Shown in pieces: positions 38,100-48,292 of a DNA stretch of 64,000 nucleotides. Source of the stretch: an uncultured Spirochaetota bacterium (GTDB taxonomy: Bacteria; Spirochaetota; Spirochaetia; SZUA-6; Fen-1364); assembly GCA_963781885.1 (NCBI GenBank), contig CAWAHW010000007.1:128001-192000 (forward strand). The letters are read 5' to 3'. The number at the start of each line of letters is the position of its first letter. The first letter of the stretch is position 1. The notes under the pieces are model-generated. The model was not told the origin of the DNA. It made no database searches and saw only the letters and a program-made list of their open reading frames with translations. A program made the translations under genes and the position numbers.

Positions 38100-39140
38100 T
38101 CAGGAGGACAGGGCCGCGGGCAGGCCCGGAAGAGCTTCGCGGACGAGCGCGAGCGCCGCATCGAAATCGCGCAGGTCCATGATGGCGGCGGGCGAATGGA
38201 TGTAGCGGGCGGGCACGGCAATGGTGATGCTGGGGATGCCCGCACGCGACTTGTGGATGACGCCCGCGTCCGTGCCGCCGATGTTCGGCTGCTTGAACTG
38301 GTGGGGGATGCCGCCGCGCCGCGCGGCGGAGCCGAAAAGCTCGACCAGACGCGGGTCGGCGATGAAGCTCGTGTCGCGGATGGTGATGGCGGCGCCGCCG
38401 CCCAGCCGCGTGGAAGGGCTCACGTCCAGGGGCGTGGGGACTTCATTCGCGCCCGTGCACTCCAGCACCACGGCGGCGTCGGGGCTTTCCGCATATGCTG
38501 CCACCTTCGCGCCCCGCAACCCCACCTCTTCCTGGACCGTGAAAGCCGTCGAGAGCTCGAAGGGGAAACGCTCCTTGAGGAGCTCGACAAGAAGCGCACA
38601 GCCGACCCTGTCGTCGAGGGCCTTTCCCTGCACGGTTCTCCAGGCGGAGCCTTCTCCCGCAAGACTGCGGAACCGGGTGGCAAAAATCGCCGTGTCTCCC
38701 CGCTGCACGAGCTTCTCCGCCTCCGCCTTGTTCGACGCGCCGATGTCGATGAGAAGCTGCCTGCTCTCCACGACCTTGTTCCGTTCCGCGGCATCCGTGA
38801 GATGCACCGGTTTCATGCCGATCACGCCCGGCACGCGCTTCGCGCCGATGAGCACGGTGCGCGCGGGCAGCACCCGGTCGTCGATGCCGCCAACCTTCGC
38901 GAAGCGCAGGAGGCCCGAATCCTCCGCGAGGGTGATCATGAGCCCGACCTCGTCCATGTGCGCGGCCAGGAGCACGCGCAGCGGCGAGGCACCCGTGCCT
39001 TTCCTGCGCGCGATGAGGTTTCCCACGCCGTCGACCCGGCACGCATCCACACGGCCGCGTATCTCGGGGAGGATGATCGATCGGATCTCCTCCTCACGGC
39101 CCGAGACGCCGTGCCCCTCCGACAGCCTTTCCAGCAGCAT
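38100..39140 (-). CDS. M42 family aminopeptidase
   Basis: AHMDE, KALDDR, QEEVGLRGA, GGTDA, RYIHS. Confidence 0.93.
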   Translation of the reverse strand: MLLERLSEGHGVSGREEEIRSIILPEIRGRVDACRVDGVGNLIARRKGTGASPLRVLLAAHMDEVGLMITLAEDSGLLRFAKVGGIDDRVLPARTVLIGAKRVPGVIGMKPVHLTDAAERNKVVESRQLLIDIGASNKAEAEKLVQRGDTAIFATRFRSLAGEGSAWRTVQGKALDDRVGCALLVELLKERFPFELSTAFTVQEEVGLRGAKVAAYAESPDAAVVLECTGANEVPTPLDVSPSTRLGGGAAITIRDTSFIADPRLVELFGSAARRGGIPHQFKQPNIGGTDAGVIHKSRAGIPSITIAVPARYIHSPAAIMDLRDFDAALALVREALPGLPAALSS

Positions 39141-39142
39141 CT

Positions 39143-40249
39143 TTAGTCCTCCTGCGCCGAAGAGGCAGGCGCCTCTTCGGCCAGAGCGTCACGAACCACG
39201 AGCGTCCCGGCGAAATCCAGGGGGAGCCGGCAGATGAACTCTGCCAGCAGCCGGCCGGTCCGCTCGACGTCGCGCAGGCAGACCGTCTCGATCGGGGTGT
39301 GCATGGAGCGCAGAGGGATGCTGAGGAGGCCGCAGGGGATGCCCGACCTGCTCACCTGGATGCCCCACGCATCGGTGCCGCTCGGACCGGGGAGCGGCTC
39401 GATCTGGTAGGCGAGCTCGAGCGCCTTCGCCGCGCGCACGAGGCCATCGTGGATCAGCGGGTGGAAGTTGGGGCCCACCGCGACGGCCGGTCCCCCGTCC
39501 ATGACGACGGTCTCCGCGGCGGAAAGCCCGGGCTGCGCGCCGAACGTGACGTCGACGGCGATTGCCGCCGTGGGATCGATGCCGTAGGCGCCCGTCACGG
39601 CGCCCGCCATCGTGCTCTCTTCCTGCACCGTTGCCACCGCATACACGTCCCACGCATGGGTGCGCCGCGCGAGCTCCTCCAGGCAGAGCACCATGGCAGC
39701 GACAGAGGCGCGGTCATCCATGGACTTGCACGCTGCGTAGCCGTGTGCAAGGTCGGACCAGCGCGGGGCAAGGGTCACGATGTCGCCGACGCGCACGAGC
39801 GACTCCACCTCCGCGGGAGGCAGCCCGACGTCGACAAACAGCTTGTCCAGGGGAACCGGCTTCTCCCTCTCGGAAGGCGCGGTGAAGTGCGGGGGCACGC
39901 TCACGACGAGGCCCGCGAGCTCGCGGCGTCCATGGACCGCGACCTCCTGGCCGAACAGCACGCGCGGGTCGAATCCGCCGATCTCCGTGACACGGAGAAA
40001 GCCTTTCTCACGACCGGTGACCACGAGGGCGATTTCGTCCATGTGCGCCGCGATCATGAGCGACGGCCGTGCGGCGCCGTCCGCCGCGCCCGTCCCGCGC
40101 CGCAGCGCCACGCAGTTTCCCAGGCGGTCGACGCGCACGTCGTGGGAGTGGGCGCGGAGCAGGTTGCCCACGATTTCGCGGACCTCCGCCTCATAGCCCG
40201 ACGGCCCACGAGCCTCGGCGAGCTGCCGCAGGAGGGTGGCGGTTTCCAT
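39143..40249 (-). CDS. M42 family aminopeptidase
   Basis: AHMDE, KSMDDR, QEES, GTDA, RSMHT. Confidence 0.9.
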   Translation of the reverse strand: METATLLRQLAEARGPSGYEAEVREIVGNLLRAHSHDVRVDRLGNCVALRRGTGAADGAARPSLMIAAHMDEIALVVTGREKGFLRVTEIGGFDPRVLFGQEVAVHGRRELAGLVVSVPPHFTAPSEREKPVPLDKLFVDVGLPPAEVESLVRVGDIVTLAPRWSDLAHGYAACKSMDDRASVAAMVLCLEELARRTHAWDVYAVATVQEESTMAGAVTGAYGIDPTAAIAVDVTFGAQPGLSAAETVVMDGGPAVAVGPNFHPLIHDGLVRAAKALELAYQIEPLPGPSGTDAWGIQVSRSGIPCGLLSIPLRSMHTPIETVCLRDVERTGRLLAEFICRLPLDFAGTLVVRDALAEEAPASSAQED

Positions 40250-40306
40250 GACGGCAACAATAGCAGGGGGTGCGCCTGTTGGTAAAGAACCGGGCGCCGC
40301 GGAGGA

Positions 40307-41417
40307 TCAGCCGGAGAGCCGCTCGTAAATGGCGGCGAACTCCTCCGCGACCGTGGAGAAAACGGCGAGGATGCGCGGGTCGAAGTGGGAGGGCATCGTG
40401 CGGCCGTCGCCTTTCGTGATGATGGCGACGCTATCGGCGTGGGTAACCGCAGGCTTGTAGCGGCGCGGCGAGCGCAGCGCGTCGTAGACGTCGGCGACGG
40501 ACATGATCTGCGCGGCTAGCGGGATGTCGTCCCCCGCGAGCCCCCGTGGGTAGCCGCTGCCGTCGCGCCGCTCGTGGTGCGCGTGCGCGATCTCCGCGCC
40601 CATGCTGATGAAGCCGTTGCGCGGGTAGTTCTCCTGCACGCCGTGGAGCGTGCGCGCGCCGATGGTCGTGTGCGTCTTCATGATCTCGAACTCTTCAGGG
40701 GTGTGACGGTCCGGGCTTCAGGAGGATGAGATCCGAGATGCCCACCTTTCCAATGTCGTGCAGGGGCGCCGCGTTGTACAGGTCGCGCACGAAGGGCTCG
40801 GTGATCCTGCCCTGGAACGCGGGCTCGTCGCGGAGAGCGTTTCCCAGCGCGAGGCAGTATTCACGGACGCGCCAGATGTGCGTCCCCGTTTCGTCGTCAC
40901 GGGACTCGGCGAGCTTCACCATGGCGAAGATGGTCGCCAGCTGCGACTCGGAGATCTCCTTCACCTTCTCGTTCACGAGCTGCTCGAGGTAGCGGTTGTA
41001 GCGTTCCAGCTCCGCCTGGGCGCGGCGCAGCTTCAGGTGCGTCTCCACGCGCGCCTCCACCTCCTCGATCTGGAACGGCTTCGTGATGTAGTCCACGCCG
41101 CCGCGTTGGAAGGCCTTCACCTTGCCCTCCATCTCCGTGAGGGCGCTGAGGAAGATCACGGGCACGTCGCGCAGCCGGGCATCCTCCTTCATGAGCCGGC
41201 AGACCTCGAAGCCGTCCATCTCGGGCATGCTGATGTCCAGGAGCACGAGGTCCGGGGGATCGCTCGCCGCGGCCTTCAGCGCGAGCCTGCCGGACGGCAC
41301 GGGACGCACGCGGTAGCCGCGCTCGCCGAGCATGCGCGCGAGAAGCGTGAGGTTCGCAGGCGTGTCGTCCACGACGAGGATGTTGCCCCGCGTGGGGGCG
41401 GCAGGTGTGTCGGCCAA
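40307..41417 (-). CDS. REC + HD-GYP cyclic-di-GMP phosphodiesterase (RpfG-like), frameshifted at ~40700
   Basis: REC; HDIGK in ORF 40695-41480; [11 protein letters not shown] in ORF 40307-40681. Confidence 0.87.
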
Positions 41418-41517
41418 GGCTCTACCCGCCGGCGAGCATACCCTGCCGACGGCGCCGCTGTCAAAGATGGCGGGCGGCACTTGCCACGCCGCTGTCGGAG
41501 ACGCAGTATCGGCCTAT

Positions 41518-42006
41518 ATGAAACGCACAATCATCATCGTCGTGATCCTGTTCGTGTTCTCCGGTTCTGCGGCCTTTGCCGCCGAGGCGCCGTGCCCGTG
41601 GAGCTTTCAGTCCGAGTTCGATCTCTACCTGTCGCTGAAAGCCGGTGCCGAGTACCGGTTCTCCGACCACTTCGGGATACGCGGCACGCTTGGGGCGTGC
41701 GTCATCTCCCCCACCCAGTTCTCCTGGACGCTCGCGGGTGTCGACCACTTCCTCGGCCCCGCGAGCAGGTTCCAGTTGGATCTCCATCTCGGCCTCATTG
41801 AGGACATCATCGATGTCCTGGGCCCGCTCCCCTCCACCTACCTGGTTCCCGGCGCCTGTCTTTCTTTCGGCTACCTGTCGCCCTCCGGCCACGGAATTGC
41901 GATACGCGTCGGGGCCGGGGTCACCATCGGCTACGACCTGGGCGCATGGCAGAAGCCGGGTTTCCTGCCCGACCTCGCCCTGGAATACAGCTGGCGCCCA
42001 CGGTAA
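41518..42006 (+). CDS. Hypothetical secreted, possibly small beta-barrel, protein
   Basis: Signal peptide, alternating beta-strand pattern, terminal LEYSW. Confidence 0.65.
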   Translation: MKRTIIIVVILFVFSGSAAFAAEAPCPWSFQSEFDLYLSLKAGAEYRFSDHFGIRGTLGACVISPTQFSWTLAGVDHFLGPASRFQLDLHLGLIEDIIDVLGPLPSTYLVPGACLSFGYLSPSGHGIAIRVGAGVTIGYDLGAWQKPGFLPDLALEYSWRPR

Positions 42007-42027
42007 ACGGGCGGACCCTCCGCAGCC

Positions 42028-42327
42028 CCGCGAATGCCACGGATTACAAATGCCGCGGAACTGCGCGGAGTACCGTGCAAGGTACCGCGGCCGGTGTGGC
42101 CGCGAATGCCACGGACTACAAATGCCGCGGAACTGCGCGGAGTACCGTGCAAGGTACCGCGGCCGGTGTGGCCGCGAATGCCACGGATTACAAATGCCGC
42201 GGAACTGCGTGGAGTACCGTGCAAGGTACCGCGGCCGGTGTGGCCGCGATTGCCACGGATTACAAATGCCGCGGAACTGCGTGGAGTACCGTGCAAGGTA
42301 CCGCGGCCGGTGTGGCCGCGATTGCCA
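42028..42327. repeat. 72-bp tandem array (4 copies + 12 bp) built from three nested hairpins
   Basis: Unit CCGCGAATGCCACGGATTACAAATGCCGCGGAACTGCGCGGAGTACCGTGCAAGGTACCGCGGCCGGTGTGG at 42028, 42100, 42172, 42244 with 1-2 substitutions. Confidence 0.97.
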
Positions 42328-42359
42328 GATCGGTGACCGGCTGATACCATGGCGGCATC

Positions 42360-44915
42360 ATGAGTGACACGGCGCAGGCTTTGGCGGCGAAAAACCGCGT
42401 GCCCCGGTTCACGATGTTAGGCGTCGTTCTGGTCTGCATCGTGCTGTACTACTTCCTCACCTCTTTCCTGTTCGTCTTCGTCTGGGCGCGCAGCATCCCG
42501 ACGGAGTTCTTCATGAGCCACCTGGCGCAGGGTGGCGCGGCGGCCTCTTCCATGCGGACCTCCGAGCTGTCGCAGAACTTTTTCCTTTTTACCCTGCGCG
42601 CGCCGCCCGCGGTCCACACCTGGGTGACGTTTCTGCGGATCTTTTCCATCGTGTGCGTGCTGTCCATCCTGCTCATGCATGCGCCGCTCCGCGGCATGCT
42701 CACCCTGCGCCGCCACGGCCGTTCCGTGCCCGACATGCTCGTGGAGAAATGCGAAAAGCTCGCGCTGCGCTCCGCGAGGAGCACGGCGGGTCTTTTCTTC
42801 ACCGCGGCCGCGGCCGACGTGGCGATCCAGATCGTCAAGATGCTCGCCAGCGACGGAAACATCTCCGCCGGCGCCCCGCGGAGCGTCCCCTTCCTCATCG
42901 TCGTGGCGCTGCTGGTGACATTTTTCATCTACTTCTGGCAGAACCACCGCATCACGGGCACGTACTCCCCGTTCGTCTTTACGCGCGCCGGTTTCGTCCA
43001 GGCGCAGCCGCGCCTGGGGCGCAAGAGCATCCGGTCCCAGATGTGGCTCTCCAAGGTCATCACGGCGCTCCTTCCGATGATCATCGTGCTGCTCTACCTC
43101 CTTGCGTTCGTGTCGCGGACGGATATCCACGCGCTTCCCCCTGATCAGAGGCAGCTTCTCCTGGGGAATTTCGCGAGCGTCTACGCCGCGGTGGACAAGG
43201 CAGGCGACATTCCCGCCAAGGCGGTCTTCATCGCGCCGTACCTGACGGTGGTGGACACCTTCCTCTTCATCGGCGGCGTGAGCGCCGCCTTCGTCATCTC
43301 ACTCGTGCTTCTCCTTCTGATCGCGCAATGGTCGACCCTCTCCATTGTCGTGCCGCTCCAAGAGCTGCAGAAGAACGTGATGAAGACCGCGCAAGGGGAC
43401 TTCACGCACGTCACGCCGGTGCGCGACACCGACGAAATTGGCGAGCTCACGGAGAACTTCAACTCCATGCTCGCGAGTCTCCGGGAGTCGGACAGGTTTC
43501 GCATCGAAAAGGAGGCCGCGGAAAAGGCGAATCTCGCCAAGAGCGCCTTCCTGGCCAACATGAGTCACGAGCTGCGCACGCCGCTGAATGCCATCCTCGG
43601 TTTCTCCCAGCTCCTTTCGCGCGGGGAGAACCTCGACCAGGACCAGCGCGACAACATAGGGACCATCACGCAGAGCGGGACGCACCTGCTTGCCCTCATC
43701 AACGACATCCTGGACATGTCGAAGATCGAGGCGGGCCGCGCGGAGCTCAACGCGCATGCCTTCGATCTGCGCGAGATGCTCACCTCCCTGGAGGCGATGT
43801 TCTCCCTGAAGGCGCGGGAAAAGGGGCTCGCCCTGATCTTCGACGTCGCCCCCGATGTGCCGCCGTACGTCGTGAGCGATGAGGGGAAGCTGCGCCAGGT
43901 GATCGTGAACCTCGTGGGCAACGCGGTGAAGTTCACCACCACCGGAGGGGCCACGCTGCGGGTACGCGCGCGGCCCGAGCCGGGAAACGACGTGCGGCTT
44001 TTCTTCGAGGTGGAGGACACGGGGGTGGGCATCGCCCCGGAAGAGATCGCGAACCTCTTCGAGCCGTTCGTGCAGACGAAAAGCGGATCCGAGGCCCAGG
44101 AAGGGACGGGCCTGGGGCTTCCCATCAGCCGTAAATACGTCTCGCTCATGGGGGGCAAGGTCACCGCGAAAAGCGAACCCGGCAAGGGAAGCATCTTCAG
44201 CTTCGACGTGCGGGTGGGTCCGGCGGATCCCAGCCAGGTGAGCGCGCCGAAATCGCGGAGGAGGGTGATCGGGGCGGCGCCCGGCCAACAGCGCTTCAGG
44301 ATCCTCATCGCGGAGGACCGGGATTCCAACCGTACGCTCCTCATGAAGATGCTGGAGCCGCTCGGTCTGGACGTGAAGGGCGTGCGCAACGGGGCGGAGT
44401 GCGTCGCGACGTGGGAGTCGTGGGAGCCGCATCTGATCTGGATGGACATGCGCATGCCCGTGATGGACGGCTACGAGGCGACACGGCGCATCAAGGCGAC
44501 GGCGCGGGGCCAGGCCACCGTCATCATCGCCATCACGGCGAGCGCGTTTGAGAGCGACCGCAGGCTCATCCTCACGGAGGGCTGCGACGACTTCGTGCGC
44601 AAGCCTTTCATCGAGGACGAGATCTACGAGAAGCTGGAGAAGCACCTGGGGCTGCGCCTCCTCGTTGCCGAGGAATCCGCGGCCGCGGGCGGCGAGGCCG
44701 CGCCCGGCGCGTCTCTTGCGGCGGAGGACGTCGCGACGCTCCCCGCCGAATGGCGCGACGCGTTCCGCAAGGCGACTGCCGACGCGGACTACGCGCGGCT
44801 TCTGTCGATGCTGGGCGAGATCGGCACGCAGCACCCCGCTGTCGCCCGGGCGCTCGGACAGCTCGTGGAGTCATTCCAGTATGAGAAGATTCTCGCGGCG
44901 CTCGGCGCGGTGTGA
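42360..44915 (+). CDS. Multi-TM HAMP hybrid histidine kinase with REC domain
   Basis: About 6 TM, HAMP (DEIGEL..FN.M), SHELRTPL, NAVKFT, GTGLGL, MDMRMP. Confidence 0.92.
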   Translation: MSDTAQALAAKNRVPRFTMLGVVLVCIVLYYFLTSFLFVFVWARSIPTEFFMSHLAQGGAAASSMRTSELSQNFFLFTLRAPPAVHTWVTFLRIFSIVCVLSILLMHAPLRGMLTLRRHGRSVPDMLVEKCEKLALRSARSTAGLFFTAAAADVAIQIVKMLASDGNISAGAPRSVPFLIVVALLVTFFIYFWQNHRITGTYSPFVFTRAGFVQAQPRLGRKSIRSQMWLSKVITALLPMIIVLLYLLAFVSRTDIHALPPDQRQLLLGNFASVYAAVDKAGDIPAKAVFIAPYLTVVDTFLFIGGVSAAFVISLVLLLLIAQWSTLSIVVPLQELQKNVMKTAQGDFTHVTPVRDTDEIGELTENFNSMLASLRESDRFRIEKEAAEKANLAKSAFLANMSHELRTPLNAILGFSQLLSRGENLDQDQRDNIGTITQSGTHLLALINDILDMSKIEAGRAELNAHAFDLREMLTSLEAMFSLKAREKGLALIFDVAPDVPPYVVSDEGKLRQVIVNLVGNAVKFTTTGGATLRVRARPEPGNDVRLFFEVEDTGVGIAPEEIANLFEPFVQTKSGSEAQEGTGLGLPISRKYVSLMGGKVTAKSEPGKGSIFSFDVRVGPADPSQVSAPKSRRRVIGAAPGQQRFRILIAEDRDSNRTLLMKMLEPLGLDVKGVRNGAECVATWESWEPHLIWMDMRMPVMDGYEATRRIKATARGQATVIIAITASAFESDRRLILTEGCDDFVRKPFIEDEIYEKLEKHLGLRLLVAEESAAAGGEAAPGASLAAEDVATLPAEWRDAFRKATADADYARLLSMLGEIGTQHPAVARALGQLVESFQYEKILAALGAV

Positions 44916-44962
44916 CAGAAGCGGCGCTGTTATCGGCATGCCGCCTATGATACTATTCCGGC

Positions 44963-45340
44963 ATGTCGACGAGCGAGTCCGAACTCGCCCAGATGCGCAG
45001 AAACCTGGAGGAAAAAGCGGCGCGGCGCGCGCAGGCGCTCCAGGAACGCCTTGGCGAAGCACGGCGTGATTTCACGAACATCGTGGGACACATCGTGGAG
45101 ACGTATCGACCGGTGCGCATCCGCCAGTGGGGTTCCCTTGTCGATGGAGCCCACTTCCAGGAATGGTCCGACATCGATATCGCCGTGGAGGGTATCACGT
45201 CCGCCGAGGTTTTTTTTGCAATCCTCCGCGACGCGGAGGCCATGAGCAGGTTCGCCGTGGATCTGGTGCAGATGGAAACGATCCATCCCGCATTCGCCGA
45301 ATCCATCCGGGAACGCGGCAGGATTGTCTATGAGCGATAG
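44963..45340 (+). CDS. Minimal nucleotidyltransferase (MntA-like antitoxin)
   Basis: WGS..SDIDIAVEG, VDLV, I..RG. Confidence 0.85.
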   Translation: MSTSESELAQMRRNLEEKAARRAQALQERLGEARRDFTNIVGHIVETYRPVRIRQWGSLVDGAHFQEWSDIDIAVEGITSAEVFFAILRDAEAMSRFAVDLVQMETIHPAFAESIRERGRIVYER

Positions 45341-45815
45341 TACGGCGATACTCGTCGGCGAGATTCAAAGGGTCTCTTCCGTCCTGTTGGACGTCGACGC
45401 ACGATTGGAGACTTTTCGCGGCAAGGAACTCGCCCTTCTCGGCCGAACAAACGTCACCGCGGTGTTCGTCGCCCAGGTGCTGGACAACTACTGCACGGCG
45501 CTTGAGACTCTGTTCCTGCGCATCTCTCAGTTCTTCGAGAACAATCTCGTGGCCGATCGCTGGCATGCCGACCTTCTGGACAAGATGATGCTCCACGTTC
45601 CCGATGTCCGGGAACGGGTCCTGTCAGACGAATGCGGTCGCCTGTTGCAGGAGCTGCTCCGTTTCAGGCATTTCAAGCGATACTACTACGAGCTGGATTT
45701 CGATTGGCTCAAGCTTGACTACCTGCTTTCCGTGTACGAGCGCGCAAAACCATTGGTGCAGCGTGATCTCCTGGCATTCTCTGATTTCCTTGGGAGGCTG
45801 GCAAACACCAACTGA
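45330..45815 (+). CDS. HEPN-domain (HepT-like) toxin
   Basis: Y..LE..F.RI, WH..LL..M, FRHFKRYYY; overlaps the MNT gene. Confidence 0.82.
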   Translation: MSDSTAILVGEIQRVSSVLLDVDARLETFRGKELALLGRTNVTAVFVAQVLDNYCTALETLFLRISQFFENNLVADRWHADLLDKMMLHVPDVRERVLSDECGRLLQELLRFRHFKRYYYELDFDWLKLDYLLSVYERAKPLVQRDLLAFSDFLGRLANTN

Positions 45816-46048
45816 TAATGCTTTGCGAGGATGTCGGGACCGCTTTTCTTATTCCGTGTCGCCAACAGTCGTTCAGGGGATCAAGTCGGGCAAGCGGAAG
45901 AACATCCAGTACAAAACACCGAAAGCGCGAAAGCGCTGACGCTCGCCCTGGCCTATCAAATTGAGTTCAAAAGGAGGCATGCGGCAAAAACGTGAGGGGG
46001 CTCCTGTGCCGTCATGCCATTTGGTCTCTGTACTCCTTTTCCCGGTCG

Positions 46049-46744
46049 CTATTTCACCTTGATGAAGTAGTTGACCGTCACGCTCTTGGACCTGGTTTCG
46101 GAACCGACGCGGGCCGCCACCAGTGACATTCCGGCGCCGTTCGACCAAGGCCCGTTCACCGTGGTGACCATCCCCACATGGGGCGGATCATTTGTGATGG
46201 CCGTCCAGGTCCCGGTCAAGCCGAAATAGCTTCCGCCGGTTGGGGCATAGGGGCTGGGGGCAGGGATTCCGTGGCCGGCGGACGTGTCATCCAGCCAGTT
46301 GTGCATATGGTCCTGCAATTGGTCGGCTTCATAAGTCCCGATGGCGCTCTCGCCAGCCGGATCCTGTTTGCCGTCGCTGCGTCCATTGTTCTTGCCTCGC
46401 AGGAAGACGCCCCTGAGGTCGGGCAGGGTGGATTGCCCAGTAGCGGTCTGGTAGGTGCTCGGGGCGGCGCTGCCGTCAGCAATGAGCCACAGGCCTGCGC
46501 CGCACTGGGCGTCCATCTGAGCCTGGGTCAGGGTCGAAGCGATGATCGTGCCGATTGGCACGGCATTGTCAGCGGCTTGGGCTTGCAGCGCGTTGATGGC
46601 GGTCACAAGAGTAGTGAGATAGGTGTCCATTGCGCTCGCGTTGATAGCGCTGTTAGCCGTGAAGGTCGGGGCTGAAACCGCCTGGGCCCCGAGCGAGGCT
46701 GTCATTCCTAACACTGCAATAAAAACAATGGCTGATCGCTTCAT
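46049..46744 (-). CDS. Signal-peptide protein with a phage tail-collar-like domain
   Basis: PIGTII, WLIADG, LPDLRGVFLRG, QDHMH, ETR....VNYFIK. Confidence 0.8.
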   Translation of the reverse strand: MKRSAIVFIAVLGMTASLGAQAVSAPTFTANSAINASAMDTYLTTLVTAINALQAQAADNAVPIGTIIASTLTQAQMDAQCGAGLWLIADGSAAPSTYQTATGQSTLPDLRGVFLRGKNNGRSDGKQDPAGESAIGTYEADQLQDHMHNWLDDTSAGHGIPAPSPYAPTGGSYFGLTGTWTAITNDPPHVGMVTTVNGPWSNGAGMSLVAARVGSETRSKSVTVNYFIKVK

Positions 46745-46819
46745 GCTACCCCCCGCTTTTCCAACTGATTGATGAACTCATTCATTTTGTTTGCCATAGT
46801 CTCCTCCTGTATTGTGCCC

Positions 46820-48274
46820 TTATTGCCAGGTGGCTTGGTCCCAGTTCGACGAGTCCCACTTTCCTGGTCCGCAGATATTGAACACGCCGCTCAGGATCGT
46901 GGAATCCTGCCAGTTTGCTTGATGTGCGATTGCCGTGATTGTCAGACTTCTGCTGGTACCTTGATCTCCTAACGCAGCAGATATCGCCCCGGTGTAAGTC
47001 GCTCCCGAAACGTCAGGAGGTGATGCCAGTGAGCCCGTCGTGGACGTGGAATAGGTCATGGTTGCTGTGCCGCCGCCGCCGTTTGCGCAGGCCAGCGTCA
47101 CGGTCTGTGCCGCCGCATAATATGTCGCCAGGGGCTGGACACCACTAAAAGTCGGCGTCGACAATTGGAATGTGTAGGGCACTGATGTCGTGAGGGGGGA
47201 CTGGCTCGTACCTGTCCCGACAAAGGCTACAGCCTTAAGCGTGACGCTACCGGACGGCAAAGCACAATAGAAGTTGCTGCCGTTCGTAATCAGGTAGGTT
47301 TTTCCTGGCGCACTGGCAATTGGATACGGCGGAGTAGGCGTTGCAGTCAGGAGCACCGGACTGGATGTCGGGTCCGGAGCAGTCGTGCCGTCAATGGTAA
47401 ACGCGATTGCCGCGTTTGTGGTGGTTGAGGAAATGCTGAAGATGGGCTGCGGAGTCACCGCAGAGAGAAAGAGAGGGCCACCGTTGACCGTTATGCTGGG
47501 CGCAGCCGGTAGCGATGTGGAGAAGTTTGCGGTCACTATGCTTGAATTGGTCATTCCTGTGACGACAGCCATCGCCCGAATCATACCGGTCCCGGCGCTT
47601 AAGAAATTGAATGCAAAGGGGGATGTGTACTTGGTAGTCGTTGCACCGACTGCGCCAACAGAAGGCGCGGAACCATCAACAGTATAGTAAATCGTTGCGC
47701 TCGGGTTGGAGCATGTGATTGTGACAGTGGTAATTCCGCTCGGAATGCACTGATTGTTGCCGCCGCTAAAAGCCGGCATGGGCGCCGAATCGATGCCAAT
47801 GCCCGTGAGGTTGAAGGAGAAAGTCGAGGCGGACACGTCGTTCGTGGCGAAGACGGCACTGGCGGCTTTGGCCCCGCTCACATCGGGTTTGAATGCAATG
47901 GTAAACGTGGCGCTGGCCGATGGCGCCAGGTTGGCGGGCGGCGGGGCCTTGTATGAAAAGCAGCCCGCATTGGCGCCCGCACACGTGCTTGAAGATATCG
48001 TAAGGGCAACCTTGCCGGTATTCTTTACCGTGAAGCTGGTAGTCGCCGCGGGATCACTGACGCCAACGGTTCCGAAATCGTATGAACCGCCATTCGCAAT
48101 GGCCGTGGAAGTGGCGTCGACGACGGTGACTTCGATCTTCGATGAAGCGGCAACCTGTCCCATTGTCCTGACAGCTTGCGTCAACGGGTTTGGGCACGAT
48201 ACCAAAACAGCAAGGAGAATAAGAACTACCGCTCTGCCGATGTGCCACGCGCTCAGGCGTTTGATTTCTCGCAT
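46820..48274 (-). CDS. Lipoprotein with choice-of-anchor-D/ASH-like and chitobiase/Fn3-associated Ig domains
   Basis: Lipobox LVSC; YDFG..F.VKN.G..L.I; IYYTVDGSAP repeats; C-terminal WDSSNWDQATWQ. Confidence 0.8.
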   Translation of the reverse strand: MREIKRLSAWHIGRAVVLILLAVLVSCPNPLTQAVRTMGQVAASSKIEVTVVDATSTAIANGGSYDFGTVGVSDPAATTSFTVKNTGKVALTISSSTCAGANAGCFSYKAPPPANLAPSASATFTIAFKPDVSGAKAASAVFATNDVSASTFSFNLTGIGIDSAPMPAFSGGNNQCIPSGITTVTITCSNPSATIYYTVDGSAPSVGAVGATTTKYTSPFAFNFLSAGTGMIRAMAVVTGMTNSSIVTANFSTSLPAAPSITVNGGPLFLSAVTPQPIFSISSTTTNAAIAFTIDGTTAPDPTSSPVLLTATPTPPYPIASAPGKTYLITNGSNFYCALPSGSVTLKAVAFVGTGTSQSPLTTSVPYTFQLSTPTFSGVQPLATYYAAAQTVTLACANGGGGTATMTYSTSTTGSLASPPDVSGATYTGAISAALGDQGTSRSLTITAIAHQANWQDSTILSGVFNICGPGKWDSSNWDQATWQ

Positions 48275-48292
48275 TTTTGGTTTTCCTTGCAG

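Noticed and set aside
41931-42350. Repeat-protein ORFs on both strands over the 72-bp array
   Set aside because: Open frames follow from a stop-free GC-rich unit of length divisible by 3; no RBS or protein-like signal
45900-45960. c-di-GMP-I riboswitch-like AGCGC-GAAA-GCGCT-GACGC hairpin
   Set aside because: Lacks the second stem and GCAAA context, and lies between convergent genes; more likely a gene remnant or terminator-like hairpin
46049-46744. Prophage, suggested by the tail-collar domain
   Set aside because: The protein has a signal peptide and no capsid, terminase, integrase or other tail genes are nearby
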